Assembly: GCA_965249195.1 (NCBI GenBank)
Contig: CBDFLM010000015.1
Coordinates: 476,644-540,643 of the forward strand
DNA: 64,000 nt
Reading direction: 5' to 3'
From: Longimicrobiales bacterium
GTDB lineage: Bacteria > Gemmatimonadota > Gemmatimonadetes > Longimicrobiales > Gaopeijiaceae
Below, piece by piece: positions 27,901-37,494 of this stretch. Within the stretch, counting starts at the first letter, position 1; each line of letters starts with the position of its first letter. Position numbers and translations under genes: made by a program. The notes under the pieces were generated by a model that was given only the letters and a program-made list of their open reading frames with translations, was not told where the DNA came from and made no database searches.

Positions 27901-30027
27901 ATGACCGATTTGGTGGTGCTTACCGACTGGGTGTGGTTGCTGGGGCTGGGCGGCCTTGGGATCGCGGCCGGAATCTACGGATACGTGAAGAGACAGCCGT
28001 CGGGGTCGGAGACCATGGCGGATCTGTCGGAGCAGATCCACGACGGGGCCATGGCCTTCCTGAGACGCGAGTACACCACGCTCGCAGTCTTCGTTGTCGT
28101 GGTCGCGGCGCTCCTGTTCTTGGCCGTGGGCACCACCGTGGCCATCGCGTACGTGGGCGGGGCCCTCAGCTCGGTGTTTGCGGGGTTCTTCGGAATGAAG
28201 GCCGCAACGCGGGCCAACGTCCGCACGGCGGCGGCCGCCAACGACGTGGGGCAAGGCAAGGCGCTCCGCGTTGCCTTTTTCGGGGCCTCCGTGATGGGGC
28301 TCTCCGTCGCCGCGCTCGGTCTGATCGGCCTTGGTCTGCTCTTCTTGATCTACGCCTCTGCTGCGATTCCGGGGACCGACGACCTGCCGGTTTTCGCGGA
28401 GATCGTCTCGGGCTTCGCGATGGGGGCGAGCTCGATCGCGCTCTTCGCGCGCGTCGGCGGCGGGATCTACACAAAGGCCGCGGACATAGGCGCCGACCTC
28501 GTGGGGAAGGTCGAGGCTGGCATTCCGGAGGACGACCCCCGCAACCCCGCGACCATCGCCGACAACGTGGGTGACAACGTGGGCGACGTCGCGGGAATGG
28601 GCGCCGACATCTTCGAGTCCTATGTCGGCTCGGTCGTGGCTACGATTGCGATTGGCGCCACGGCTCAGGGCCTCGCAGGCGTCAGGATGGAGGCGGTGGT
28701 TCTCCCCATTCTGGCCATAGCCGTCGGTCTATTGGCTTCCCTCGTCGGTATCATGGCCATGAAGGTGCTGGAACGGAGCGACGCGGCGCACGCCCTTCAT
28801 TTCACGACCTTCATCGCGGCCGGGATCTTCCTCGTTACCATGTTCTTCGTCGTGGACAATCTGGGGATGGTGATGGTCGACGGTGCGACCGGGCGGCCTT
28901 ACCCGACCATCGGGCCATGGGTGGCGATGATGGCTGGTACGCTCGTCGGAATCGCCATCGGACTCGTGACACAATACTACACGGCCGCTGGGCCAGTCCG
29001 TAGGATCGCCGACGCCAGCCAGACGGGCTCGGCCACGAATATCATCGCGGGTCTCGCCGTGGGCTTGGAGTCGACGGCCATTCCGGTTCTACTCATCTGC
29101 GCCTCGATATGGACGTCGCACCATTTCGCAGGCCTGTACGGAATCGGCATCGCTGCCGTGGGCATGCTGGCTACGGTGGGCGTGACCATGTCCGTCGATG
29201 CCTACGGCCCGGTGGCGGACAACGCGGGTGGGATCAGCGAGATGAGCGGTCTCGGACCAGAGACCCGTCGGATCACCGACTCCTTGGACGCCATCGGCAA
29301 TACGACTGCCGCGATCGGAAAAGGGTTTGCGATCGGCTCGGCGGCCCTCACCGCGTTGGCTCTGTTCTCAGCCTACGCCACCAAGGTCGGTCTCGCCCAG
29401 ACCGGCATAGACATCGTGAACCCGGACGTGGTGATCGGGATGCTGATCGGTGGCATGCTGCCGTTCTTCGTCAGTGCGCTCACGATGACTGCGGTCGGAA
29501 GGGCGGCTCAGGGCATGGTCGACGAGGTTCGCCGGCAGTTCCGCGAGATCCCGGGAATCATGGATGGAACGGGCAAGCCCGACTCGGCGAGATGTGTGGA
29601 CATCTCAACCCGTGCGGCCTTGCGCGAAATGATCCTCCCCGGCCTCACTGCTATCATCTCGCCCGTGCTGGTGGGGGCCGTTCTGGGGACGGAGGCGCTC
29701 GGCGGCCTGTTGGCTGGGGCGACCGTCACGGGTGTGCTCATGGCGCTCTTCATGGCCAACGCAGGCGGTGCCTGGGACAACGCGAAGAAGTACATCGAGG
29801 CCGGAGCATACGGAGGCAAGGGCTCCGACCCGCACAAGGCCGCGGTAGTTGGGGATACCGTCGGAGATCCTTTCAAAGACACGTCCGGACCGTCCCTCAA
29901 CATCTTGATCAAGCTCATGAGCGTGGTCTCGCTCGTACTCGCGCCCTGGTTCGTACGCGTCCAGGGCCTCCCGGGGGAGGGCGCCACCTCATGGCTGGTC
30001 GAAGTCACGAAGGCCCTCTTCGGCTGA
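27901..30027 (+). CDS. hppA: Membrane-bound H+ / Na+-translocating pyrophosphatase (V-PPase)
   Basis: 708 aa with about 16 TM helices. Motifs [24 protein letters not shown] and [23 protein letters not shown]. Confidence 0.9.
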   Translation: MTDLVVLTDWVWLLGLGGLGIAAGIYGYVKRQPSGSETMADLSEQIHDGAMAFLRREYTTLAVFVVVVAALLFLAVGTTVAIAYVGGALSSVFAGFFGMKAATRANVRTAAAANDVGQGKALRVAFFGASVMGLSVAALGLIGLGLLFLIYASAAIPGTDDLPVFAEIVSGFAMGASSIALFARVGGGIYTKAADIGADLVGKVEAGIPEDDPRNPATIADNVGDNVGDVAGMGADIFESYVGSVVATIAIGATAQGLAGVRMEAVVLPILAIAVGLLASLVGIMAMKVLERSDAAHALHFTTFIAAGIFLVTMFFVVDNLGMVMVDGATGRPYPTIGPWVAMMAGTLVGIAIGLVTQYYTAAGPVRRIADASQTGSATNIIAGLAVGLESTAIPVLLICASIWTSHHFAGLYGIGIAAVGMLATVGVTMSVDAYGPVADNAGGISEMSGLGPETRRITDSLDAIGNTTAAIGKGFAIGSAALTALALFSAYATKVGLAQTGIDIVNPDVVIGMLIGGMLPFFVSALTMTAVGRAAQGMVDEVRRQFREIPGIMDGTGKPDSARCVDISTRAALREMILPGLTAIISPVLVGAVLGTEALGGLLAGATVTGVLMALFMANAGGAWDNAKKYIEAGAYGGKGSDPHKAAVVGDTVGDPFKDTSGPSLNILIKLMSVVSLVLAPWFVRVQGLPGEGATSWLVEVTKALFG

Positions 30028-30061
30028 TCCGAGCCCTACGACCCGCTGCGAGGAACTGCCG

Positions 30062-31276
30062 TTGCCGAAGGCCCCCACGTTCGAGAACGCGCTGTCGTTC
30101 GCTCAGGACCTGATTCGCATCCCCTCTCCTCCCGGAGGCGAGGCCGAAGTCGCTGAGCGCGTGCGCCGCGAGATGGAGGAGCTGGGTCTCGACGACGTGC
30201 GCATCGACAGCGCCGGAAACGTTGTGGGGGTTGTAGCGGGGATTGCCGCCGGCCCGACCGTGATGCTGTCCTCCCACCTCGACGTCGTCGCCGAGGGGGA
30301 CCCGGAGGAGTGGGAGCATCCGCCGTTCTCCGGAGCGGTGGACCGCGGTTTCCTGCATGGTCGTGGCGCGATGGACATCAAGGGGCCCCTAGCCATCCAG
30401 ACCTACGGAGCGGCAGCGGTCCGTGGCCGCTCGCCTGGGGACGTGGTCGTCGCCCACACCGTCTTCGAGGAGCGCGGCGGACTCGGCATGAAGCTGCTGT
30501 TGGAATCCGGCGAGGTCGTGCCGCAGGCAGTGGTCATCGGCGAGGCGACACACGGCGACATTTGCACAGGCCACCGGGGAAGAGGGGAAGTCGAGATCAG
30601 GATACGAGGGGTAGCCGGGCACGCCAGCGCGCCGGAGAGGGCTCACAACGCCTTAGACCTCGTGCCCGCCGTGTTGTCGGCTGTGCGAGACCTCGCGTCC
30701 CGCCAGCCCTCGGACCCCACGCTAGGCCCGGCCACCGTCGTCGCTACGAGCGTCGACGTCGCGCCCGTCTCCCGCAACGTGATCCCCGACCGGGCCACGG
30801 TCGCGGTCGACTGGCGGCTACTCCCTGGTCAAGTCGCCGAGGCGCTCTTGTCGGATGTGCGCCAGGCCATCGATGCGAGGGTCGGCGATCCACCCGAAGG
30901 ACTTTCGTTCACGGTCGGGCTCGCGGAGGAGGAGCAGGCCACGTTCACGGGGCGCGTGCAGACGCAAGCACTCTTCACGCCGGGGTTCCTCATGGATGCC
31001 GAGGACTCGATCGTCCGCGCCGCAGCCGGCGCCGTCGGGCGCCGAGGCGGCGCTGGCCACGCCATGATCCGGCCCTGGACCTTCGCGACCGACGGGGGCT
31101 GGACGTCGGGCGTCTTCGGAATCCCGACCCTGGGGTTCGCGCCTGGAGAGGAGCGCTTCGCGCACACGAACCGCGAACGGCTCGACTTGGACGAAGCCCG
31201 CTGGGCCTTGGGCCGGCATCCCTCCCTCATTCTGGCGATTCAAAAAGCCCTGGCAGCCACATTTCTGCGCGACTGA
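30062..31276 (+). CDS. M20-family metallopeptidase (ArgE / DapE / acetylornithine deacetylase-like)
   Basis: LIRIPSPPGGE...SHLDVV...HGRGAMDIKG motifs. Probable TTG start. Confidence 0.75.
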   Translation: MPKAPTFENALSFAQDLIRIPSPPGGEAEVAERVRREMEELGLDDVRIDSAGNVVGVVAGIAAGPTVMLSSHLDVVAEGDPEEWEHPPFSGAVDRGFLHGRGAMDIKGPLAIQTYGAAAVRGRSPGDVVVAHTVFEERGGLGMKLLLESGEVVPQAVVIGEATHGDICTGHRGRGEVEIRIRGVAGHASAPERAHNALDLVPAVLSAVRDLASRQPSDPTLGPATVVATSVDVAPVSRNVIPDRATVAVDWRLLPGQVAEALLSDVRQAIDARVGDPPEGLSFTVGLAEEEQATFTGRVQTQALFTPGFLMDAEDSIVRAAAGAVGRRGGAGHAMIRPWTFATDGGWTSGVFGIPTLGFAPGEERFAHTNRERLDLDEARWALGRHPSLILAIQKALAATFLRD

Positions 31277-31313
31277 CACCGGAGTAGACGCTGAGCTGGC
31301 CGGATGGGGTCGC

Positions 31314-32687
31314 TCAGGCTTCTCCCACCAGGCTCTGCACTGTCTCGGGCCCGGCCGGAGAGGCGTCCATCGGGTGTGTGCCGGCGGTCGCTCCCAGACG
31401 TGGCGGCGAGGTCCCCATCGCCGTCCGGTTCACGGCTCTCAAGACCTCCTCGATATCGAGACCGAGGCTCGCCGCCAGCGTTTCCACGGTGCCCAACGCC
31501 GCCTTCACCCGCTGGTTCACGGCGCCCGCGACGCCGCTCCCGGTGGGGCCGTCCATGACGACTACCCGGTCGATGTCCACGCCCCGCACGGCGTCGACGC
31601 TGATCTCGAGGAGCGAGGGAAGCTTCTCGGCCAGGAACACCGCAAAGGCTTGATCGCCGCCTTCCTGTACCTCGGCATATAGTCGTCGTAGTACCTCGAC
31701 GTGTGCCTTCCCTCGCTCGAGGATCGGCGCGGCCTCTGCCTCGGCGCGTGCTTTCGCCGCTTCGCGCTCGGCGTTGGCGGGCTCGATGACGTCGGCCCTG
31801 AGCCGTTCTTGCTCCCGTTCCACCCTTCGCTGCTCGAGGAGGCGCTGGGCCTCCACCTCCGCCTGCTCGGCCCGCACTTCGGCGGTGCGCTCGGCGATCT
31901 GACCCTCCTGATCGAGCTGCGCCTGCCTCACGCGAAGCTTGTTCTGGGCCTCGGCGATATCGATGTTGGCCTGCGCCTCCAACACCTCGGCACGCTTCCG
32001 CGCTTCCGCCTGGCGCTCGCGGGTGTCGGCGTCGGCGTCCGCTTCGGCGATTTCCGCATCGCGGACCGCTTCGGCGGCCTTCTTGCGACCGATCGCCTCC
32101 AAGTAACCTCGCTCGTCCGAGACGTTCTGGATTTTGAGGACGTCGAGGTGGAACCCGAGGGACGCGAGATCTTCTCCCGCGTCTTCGGCCAGCGCCTTCG
32201 CGAAGCCCAAACGGTCCTCGTTCACTTCCTCGGGAGTCAGGGTGGCCAGGACGCCGCGCAGGTTACCCATCAGGGTGTCTTTGGCCAGGCCCTGGATCTC
32301 CATCTCGGTCTTTCCGAGGAGCCTCTCGACTGCGTTGTTGAAGACAGCGGCGGGAGAGGACGCGATCTTGACGTTGGCGATGGCCTCGACGTTCAGGGGG
32401 ATGTTCCCTTTGGAGAACGCGTTTTGTACGGTGATCTCGATCGGGAAGGTTTCGAGGTTGACGTGCTGCACCGACTCGATGATCGGGATTCTGATGGTGC
32501 GCCCCCCCGTGACGGACCTGTAACCCACATGTGTTCCGTCCGAGAGGAGTCGGTTTCTCCCCGTGATGACCGCCGCACGGTTGGGCGGAACGATGACGAT
32601 CAAGGCGCGCACGGTGGCGACCGCGACCATCGCCACCACGAGGACGACGAAGGCGAGGGTCGCGGGACCCAGAATGAAATCTGGCAT
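31314..32687 (-). CDS. Flotillin-like SPFH / band-7 protein (YqiK / FloA family)
   Basis: N-terminal TM, SPFH domain, then a long Ala / Glu / Arg-rich coiled coil (AEADADADTRERQAEARKRAEVLEAQ...). Confidence 0.8.
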   Translation of the reverse strand: MPDFILGPATLAFVVLVVAMVAVATVRALIVIVPPNRAAVITGRNRLLSDGTHVGYRSVTGGRTIRIPIIESVQHVNLETFPIEITVQNAFSKGNIPLNVEAIANVKIASSPAAVFNNAVERLLGKTEMEIQGLAKDTLMGNLRGVLATLTPEEVNEDRLGFAKALAEDAGEDLASLGFHLDVLKIQNVSDERGYLEAIGRKKAAEAVRDAEIAEADADADTRERQAEARKRAEVLEAQANIDIAEAQNKLRVRQAQLDQEGQIAERTAEVRAEQAEVEAQRLLEQRRVEREQERLRADVIEPANAEREAAKARAEAEAAPILERGKAHVEVLRRLYAEVQEGGDQAFAVFLAEKLPSLLEISVDAVRGVDIDRVVVMDGPTGSGVAGAVNQRVKAALGTVETLAASLGLDIEEVLRAVNRTAMGTSPPRLGATAGTHPMDASPAGPETVQSLVGEA

Positions 32688-32751
32688 TGTCGTAACTCCG
32701 TTTTTCAGGACGTCCTGGCGAGGACGTCTCTTGGCTTCTCATGGCGATCCC

Positions 32752-33387
32752 TCAACCTTCGTCCTCTCCCGGGGAGGCCGTTAGCTCTCCGGCGATCGGT
32801 GCGACCCGGGCGATGCCCTCGTTCATCTCCACGACGACCACCGATCGCCAATCCCCGGCGTCCCCCTCGGTCGAGCCATGCGGAAGGGCTCTCAGCGAGA
32901 CCCGCCGACCTCCGCGCTCTACCGCGACCGTGCCCGGCGCGCGCGTCGAGATCGGCAGCGTGACCACCCCGGGGAGGCCGACGAAGCCGTCATCCTCTTG
33001 TTGGGCGCCGCTCTCGGTAGCGTACAGCCAGTTGAAGAGCGTGGTGACGAGCCCACCCGACAGCACTCCGCCCGCGGTAGCGAATCCGGCTGTCACGAGC
33101 AGCCCCCCGCTCCCGAGAAGGGAGAGGGTGGTGCCTACAGCTCCGAAGCCGAATAGCCCGTAGACGAGGGTCCGAATGGAGAAGATCTTGGCGGCGTGAC
33201 TCGCGTAGCCCTCGACGTGCGCATCCACGTCGCTGCCCACGTCCCCAACGGCGTCTCCACCGAAGTCGCCCCCGATGTGGCCACCATCGAAATCGACATC
33301 TGCGTGGCCTCCGAAGACGTCGCCCAAGAGAGAGACCGCGAGGAAGCCTCCCCCCGCCACCAGGCTGAAGATGTACACGGCCAGCAT
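32752..33387 (-). CDS. NfeD / YqiJ-like membrane protein, flotillin partner
   Basis: Start at MLAVYIFSLVAGGGFLAVSLLGDVFGG. Gly-rich TM segments plus a C-terminal OB-like soluble part. Lies immediately upstream of the flotillin gene. Confidence 0.6.
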   Translation of the reverse strand: MLAVYIFSLVAGGGFLAVSLLGDVFGGHADVDFDGGHIGGDFGGDAVGDVGSDVDAHVEGYASHAAKIFSIRTLVYGLFGFGAVGTTLSLLGSGGLLVTAGFATAGGVLSGGLVTTLFNWLYATESGAQQEDDGFVGLPGVVTLPISTRAPGTVAVERGGRRVSLRALPHGSTEGDAGDWRSVVVVEMNEGIARVAPIAGELTASPGEDEG

Positions 33388-33772
33388 CGAGATCTCCTTC
33401 GACCGGATAGACCCTCGACCGCCACGGTCCGCTCTACGTGGCCCGGCTGCAAGATAGGGCCCCATCGATGCGACAGCGATCCTGGTCCACCGCCACGGTC
33501 CGCTTCCTTGAGGTGTACGGATCCCACGCCCGATTGCTTCGAGCTCCCCTTGGTCCGTCCTCGTGATATGCTTCCACGAGCCTCGAGTGTCGGTTTCGGC
33601 CTACGGTGGACACCGATCCACGCATGTAGGGTGGGCATCGTCCAGTACCGGTGCGGGCCAGCTCGTGGTATACTGGGAGCCGCGAAAGCGACCCCGCTCC
33701 GCCCCCGGACGCAGACCGCCGGAGTCCGCGAGAGGCCGAGCCCGTGCTTACACTACGGACCGAGGGAGCCCC

Positions 33773-34417
33773 ATGCGGCTATACGAGATCGTCTTCATCT
33801 TCGAGGCGTCCGTGACCGAGGACGCCGTTTCGCAGCGCTTAGAGAAATATCTCGAGCTCGCTGTGGGCACCGGTGGCGAAGTCCATGCCGTCGATCATTG
33901 GGGAATGCGACAAATGGCGTACCCCATCGCACGACACAAGTCCGGTTATTACGTCGTGGCGCAGTTCAGCACCGATCCGCAGAACCTTCCCGAGCTCGAG
34001 CGGCTACTCAAGCTCGACAACGACCTTCTGCGCTACCTCATCGTTCTCAGCCAGGGCGAGCCGACGTCCGGGATGTCCGTCGTGACGCAGCGGACGGGTT
34101 CGGGGGAGGCTTCCGTCGAGGAAGACGAGGACGACGATGAAGACGAGGACGACGATGAAGACGAGGATGACGACGATGACAGTCCGCCGGAGTTTTCCGG
34201 GGGTCGAGGCCGGCGCAGGCGCCACGAAGGCCCACCGATCGAGCTCCTCAACTACAAGGACGTCTCGACCATAGCGCGTTTCCTGACCGAGCAGGGAAAG
34301 ATCTTGCCGAAGCGGACGACCAAGGTGACGGCGCGTTTTCAGCGCCAGTTGGGGACGGCGGTCAAGCGAGCACGCTACCTGGCGCTGATACCCTACGTAC
34401 GGGAACACGCCGGTTGA
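33773..34417 (+). CDS. rpsF-rpsR: In-frame fusion of ribosomal protein S6 (rpsF) and ribosomal protein S18 (rpsR) through a poly-acidic linker
   Basis: S6 part: MRLYEIVFIFEASVTEDAVSQRLEKYLELAVGTGGEVHAVDHWGMRQMAYPI...YYVVAQF. Linker: EEDEDDDEDEDDDEDEDDDDD. S18 part: GRGRRRRHEGPPIELLNYKDVSTIARFLTEQGKILPKRTTKVTARFQRQLGTAVKRARYLALIPYV. There is no stop codon and no in-frame ATG / GTG / TTG between the two parts. Confidence 0.7.
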   Translation: MRLYEIVFIFEASVTEDAVSQRLEKYLELAVGTGGEVHAVDHWGMRQMAYPIARHKSGYYVVAQFSTDPQNLPELERLLKLDNDLLRYLIVLSQGEPTSGMSVVTQRTGSGEASVEEDEDDDEDEDDDEDEDDDDDSPPEFSGGRGRRRRHEGPPIELLNYKDVSTIARFLTEQGKILPKRTTKVTARFQRQLGTAVKRARYLALIPYVREHAG

Positions 34418-35463
34418 GCGACGACTCCCGGAGCAGCGGAGCGAAGCTCCCCGCTCGGGCCCCTCCCCAGGGAGGCGAGCCCGTCGACTCCGAGAGCGCA
34501 CCCCAGTCCCTCGACTCGCTGGTGTCGCCGGACGCGCCCGCTCGGTCGCTGGATCGGGATTGGATCAGGCCGCTCGCCCTGTTCGCCGTAGTGTTGGGGC
34601 TCTCCGTCGCACGACCGGGGGCGGTCATCGCCCTGCCTCTGGTCGCGCTCGTCGCATTCCTTCCAACGGGGAATCCGGCGGGTGTTCTCGTCGGCGCGGC
34701 CGCCGCGATTCTCGTGTTCACTGGTTGGGGGGGAGAGGGACTATGGTTCGCCGAAAGGGGTTGGGCGATCGTCCTAAGCGGCTGGTTCCTGACACTTACG
34801 CTGAAATGGCCCGGGACAGGCTTCTTCACCCGCGCAATCGGTTCGGTTCTCGGTGCCATCGCTGTCGTTTCCGCAGGCTTTCTCGCAGATCCCGGCGCTT
34901 GGATCATCCTAGATTGGATGGTGGGGGATCGTATGCTCGCCGGAGTCGAGATGGGTCTCCAGATCATGAGCCGCTTTGGAGGCGAGGGTGGCGGGATCTC
35001 ACCGACTCTGGTTACGACCGTGTACCAGACCGCCGAGCTGCAAGCGCTTGTCTTCCCGGCTCTTCTCTGCCTGGAGTCGATCGCGGCCTTGGGCGTCGCG
35101 TGGTGGATCTACGTGCGACTCGCGCACGGAGCGAGCGGCAGCCTCTCGCCTCTTCGAGAGTTCCGTTTCAACGACCAGTTGATCTGGCTCTTGATCGGTG
35201 GGCTCGTGCTGGTCGTCCTGGACCCTGGTACCCATTGGAGCCGGGCGGGCTCGAACGCGCTGGTGTTCATGTGCGCGCTCTACGCGGTCCGTGGTGCCGG
35301 AGTGGTCGCCTTCATGAGCGGCGGCCTGTCCTTGTTCGGCGGTGCCCTTCTGTTGTTTGGTCTCGTTTTCGTCGCGCCGGTCATCTTCGCAGGGGCGCTG
35401 GTCATCGGGGTTGGCGACACCTGGTTGGACGTCCGGGAACGAGTGCGGCGGCTGACCGCCTGA
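34414..35463 (+). CDS. DUF2232 / YybS-like polytopic membrane protein in the rpsR-rplI interval
   Basis: 349 aa with about 8 TM helices. Its position between rpsR and rplI matches Firmicutes yybS. Confidence 0.5.
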   Translation: MSDDSRSSGAKLPARAPPQGGEPVDSESAPQSLDSLVSPDAPARSLDRDWIRPLALFAVVLGLSVARPGAVIALPLVALVAFLPTGNPAGVLVGAAAAILVFTGWGGEGLWFAERGWAIVLSGWFLTLTLKWPGTGFFTRAIGSVLGAIAVVSAGFLADPGAWIILDWMVGDRMLAGVEMGLQIMSRFGGEGGGISPTLVTTVYQTAELQALVFPALLCLESIAALGVAWWIYVRLAHGASGSLSPLREFRFNDQLIWLLIGGLVLVVLDPGTHWSRAGSNALVFMCALYAVRGAGVVAFMSGGLSLFGGALLLFGLVFVAPVIFAGALVIGVGDTWLDVRERVRRLTA

Positions 35464-35506
35464 GCAGCGAACCGTTATCGCCCGGCTGTGAAAGGAAGTT
35501 TTATCG

Positions 35507-35962
35507 ATGATGAAATTGATCTTGAAGCGCGAGGTAGAGAACCTGGGTGATGCGGGTGACGTCGTCGACGTGAAGCCCGGATACGCGCGTAACTACCTCA
35601 TCCCGCATGGTTTCGCCTACGAGGCGAGCCCTGCGAACGTGCGTCGTCTCGAAGAAGAGCGACAGAGGTCCGAGACCCGTGGCAAGAAGGGCTATCTCGA
35701 AGCGCGCCGGCGCGCGTCACAGCTCGAAGGACTCAGCTTGACGTTCCACGCCCTGGCTGGGGTGGAAGGAAAGCTCTTCGGCTCCGTGACGAGTGCCGAC
35801 GTCTCCGACAGAGCCAACGAATCTGGACTCGACTTCGAGCTCGACCGACGTCAGATCGTGCTGACCGAGCCCCTGAAACAGCTCGGCGTGTTCAGCGTCC
35901 CCGTCCGCCTTCACGCCGACGTGGAGGTCGAGATCGAGGTCCAGATCGAGCGAGGGGAATAG
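35507..35962 (+). CDS. rplI: 50S ribosomal protein L9
   Basis: MMKLILKREVENLGDAGDVVDVKPGYARNYLIPHGFA. Confidence 0.9.
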   Translation: MMKLILKREVENLGDAGDVVDVKPGYARNYLIPHGFAYEASPANVRRLEEERQRSETRGKKGYLEARRRASQLEGLSLTFHALAGVEGKLFGSVTSADVSDRANESGLDFELDRRQIVLTEPLKQLGVFSVPVRLHADVEVEIEVQIERGE

Positions 35963-36016
35963 GCTACGGCCGGCCTCATGCCAGGCCAATTAGATCCAGG
36001 CGACGGGCCACCTACG

Positions 36017-36346
36017 ATGGTTCGGCGCGCTGCGGAGCTGGCACTCGAGCGCAAGGCGACGGACGTTCTCGCTCTGGATCTCAGGGGACTGTCCACCGCG
36101 ACCGATTTCTTCCTCATCGCGAGCGGATCGTCCGACATCCAGATCCGGGCGATCGTGGACCACGTCATGGACGAGCTGAAGAAGGAGGATGTCCGGCCGG
36201 GTCACGTCGAGGGGAAGATCGGCGGAAGGTGGGCGCTCGTCGACTACATCGACTTCGTCGTGCACGTTTTCCATCCCGCGGCCCGGGAGTTTTACAAGCT
36301 CGAGACGCTCTGGGGGGATGCGCCTGGCTTCGATCTATCGCCGTGA
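36017..36346 (+). CDS. rsfS: Ribosomal silencing factor RsfS (Iojap)
   Basis: From MVRRAAELALERKATDVLALDLRGLSTATDFFLIASGSSDIQIRAIVDHV...WALVDYIDFVVHVF. Confidence 0.8.
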   Translation: MVRRAAELALERKATDVLALDLRGLSTATDFFLIASGSSDIQIRAIVDHVMDELKKEDVRPGHVEGKIGGRWALVDYIDFVVHVFHPAAREFYKLETLWGDAPGFDLSP

Positions 36347-36540
36347 CGACCGGCGATCCGACGGCTGGAGCTTTCGGCAAGGAGATCTGCCAGCTTCCGG
36401 GCGCTCGATACCCGGCCAGGCGTTTGCTCCCCCCGTCGCAGGCGCGTTAACTTCCGCCCGCCCCGCGTTCTCGCTCTGCGGGGCGTCGTGAGGGCTTATA
36501 CCCTTCCTGTCCGGAAGCGCGAGAGCGCAGGGGAGCGCGC

Positions 36541-37494
36541 ATGACATCCGAACTCCCGGACTGGCAGCCCTACGACCCGAGCGCTCCCGCGGGGATCGCG
36601 CCCTTCGACGATGATTCCCACATGGTCGTATTGCTCGCGACGCCGGCGGCGGAGTCCGGTGGTTGGGCTCACCGGGTGGCGGTCTCGCTGGCACGCCAGT
36701 GGGCCGGAACGGGAGAGCGCGTGTTCTTGGCCGATCTCGGCTTGATGCGTCCCCGCCTGCACCTGGAGCTCGGGCTCCCCAACGAAGAAGGCATGAGCGA
36801 CGCGTTCCTCTACGGCGCCTCGCTCCCGCGCGTTGCCAAGTCGGCGAATGGCGGCTTCTTCTTCGCCTCAGCCGGCACACCCGTGGTCGATGGTCGCCGA
36901 GTGCTGGAAAGTCCGCGCTGGGACCTTTTCGTCCATGGCTTCACGCGAGCCGGGGCGCGCCTGTTGGTCTACATTCCCACCGACGCAGATGGTCGGGATG
37001 TGCCGCTCGGCCGTGCCGACCAAGTCATCCTGCTCGCGACGGAGGCCGAGCGCGCGGACGTCATTGCCGGGGGTGCTGAAGGGGCCGTGGTCGGGCTCTT
37101 CCCCGCTGCGGCGAGTGAGCCTTTGGCGCCGGCGCCGAAGGAAGCCGCCGCCTCCCCGGTGTCCCCGGTGCCGGGTCTCCCCACGACGCCCTTTCCTGCC
37201 CGCCTTCCCGGGCGGGCCTCACCGGGAGCCGGTCGGATCGTGCTCGCGCTCGCGATCGTCGCCGCCGTGGTCTTGGCTCTGCTGAGCGTGTTGGGCCTCA
37301 TCGAGGTGCCGGGCCTCTCCGGGGCTCCCACGCCCCCCACCGTGACAGACGTGGCGGTAGCTTCGTCGATCCCCGTGCCTTGGTCGTCGACCCGTGCGAT
37401 CGGAGCTGATATGGTCGGGTCAGGGTCGTTCACAGATGACGTCGCAGCCTCGTGGCGTACCGAGTCGCCATCCGAGTACGCGCCACCCGAATGA
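36541..37494 (+). CDS. Hypothetical protein with a degenerate ParA / MinD-like P-loop domain (Walker A replaced by SGGWAHRV), a Pro-rich linker and a C-terminal TM
   Basis: VVLLATPAAESGGWAHRVAVSLARQWAGTGERVFLADLGL resembles a deviant Walker-A ATPase but lacks the GKT Lys / Thr. Confidence 0.4.
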   Translation: MTSELPDWQPYDPSAPAGIAPFDDDSHMVVLLATPAAESGGWAHRVAVSLARQWAGTGERVFLADLGLMRPRLHLELGLPNEEGMSDAFLYGASLPRVAKSANGGFFFASAGTPVVDGRRVLESPRWDLFVHGFTRAGARLLVYIPTDADGRDVPLGRADQVILLATEAERADVIAGGAEGAVVGLFPAAASEPLAPAPKEAAASPVSPVPGLPTTPFPARLPGRASPGAGRIVLALAIVAAVVLALLSVLGLIEVPGLSGAPTPPTVTDVAVASSIPVPWSSTRAIGADMVGSGSFTDDVAASWRTESPSEYAPPE

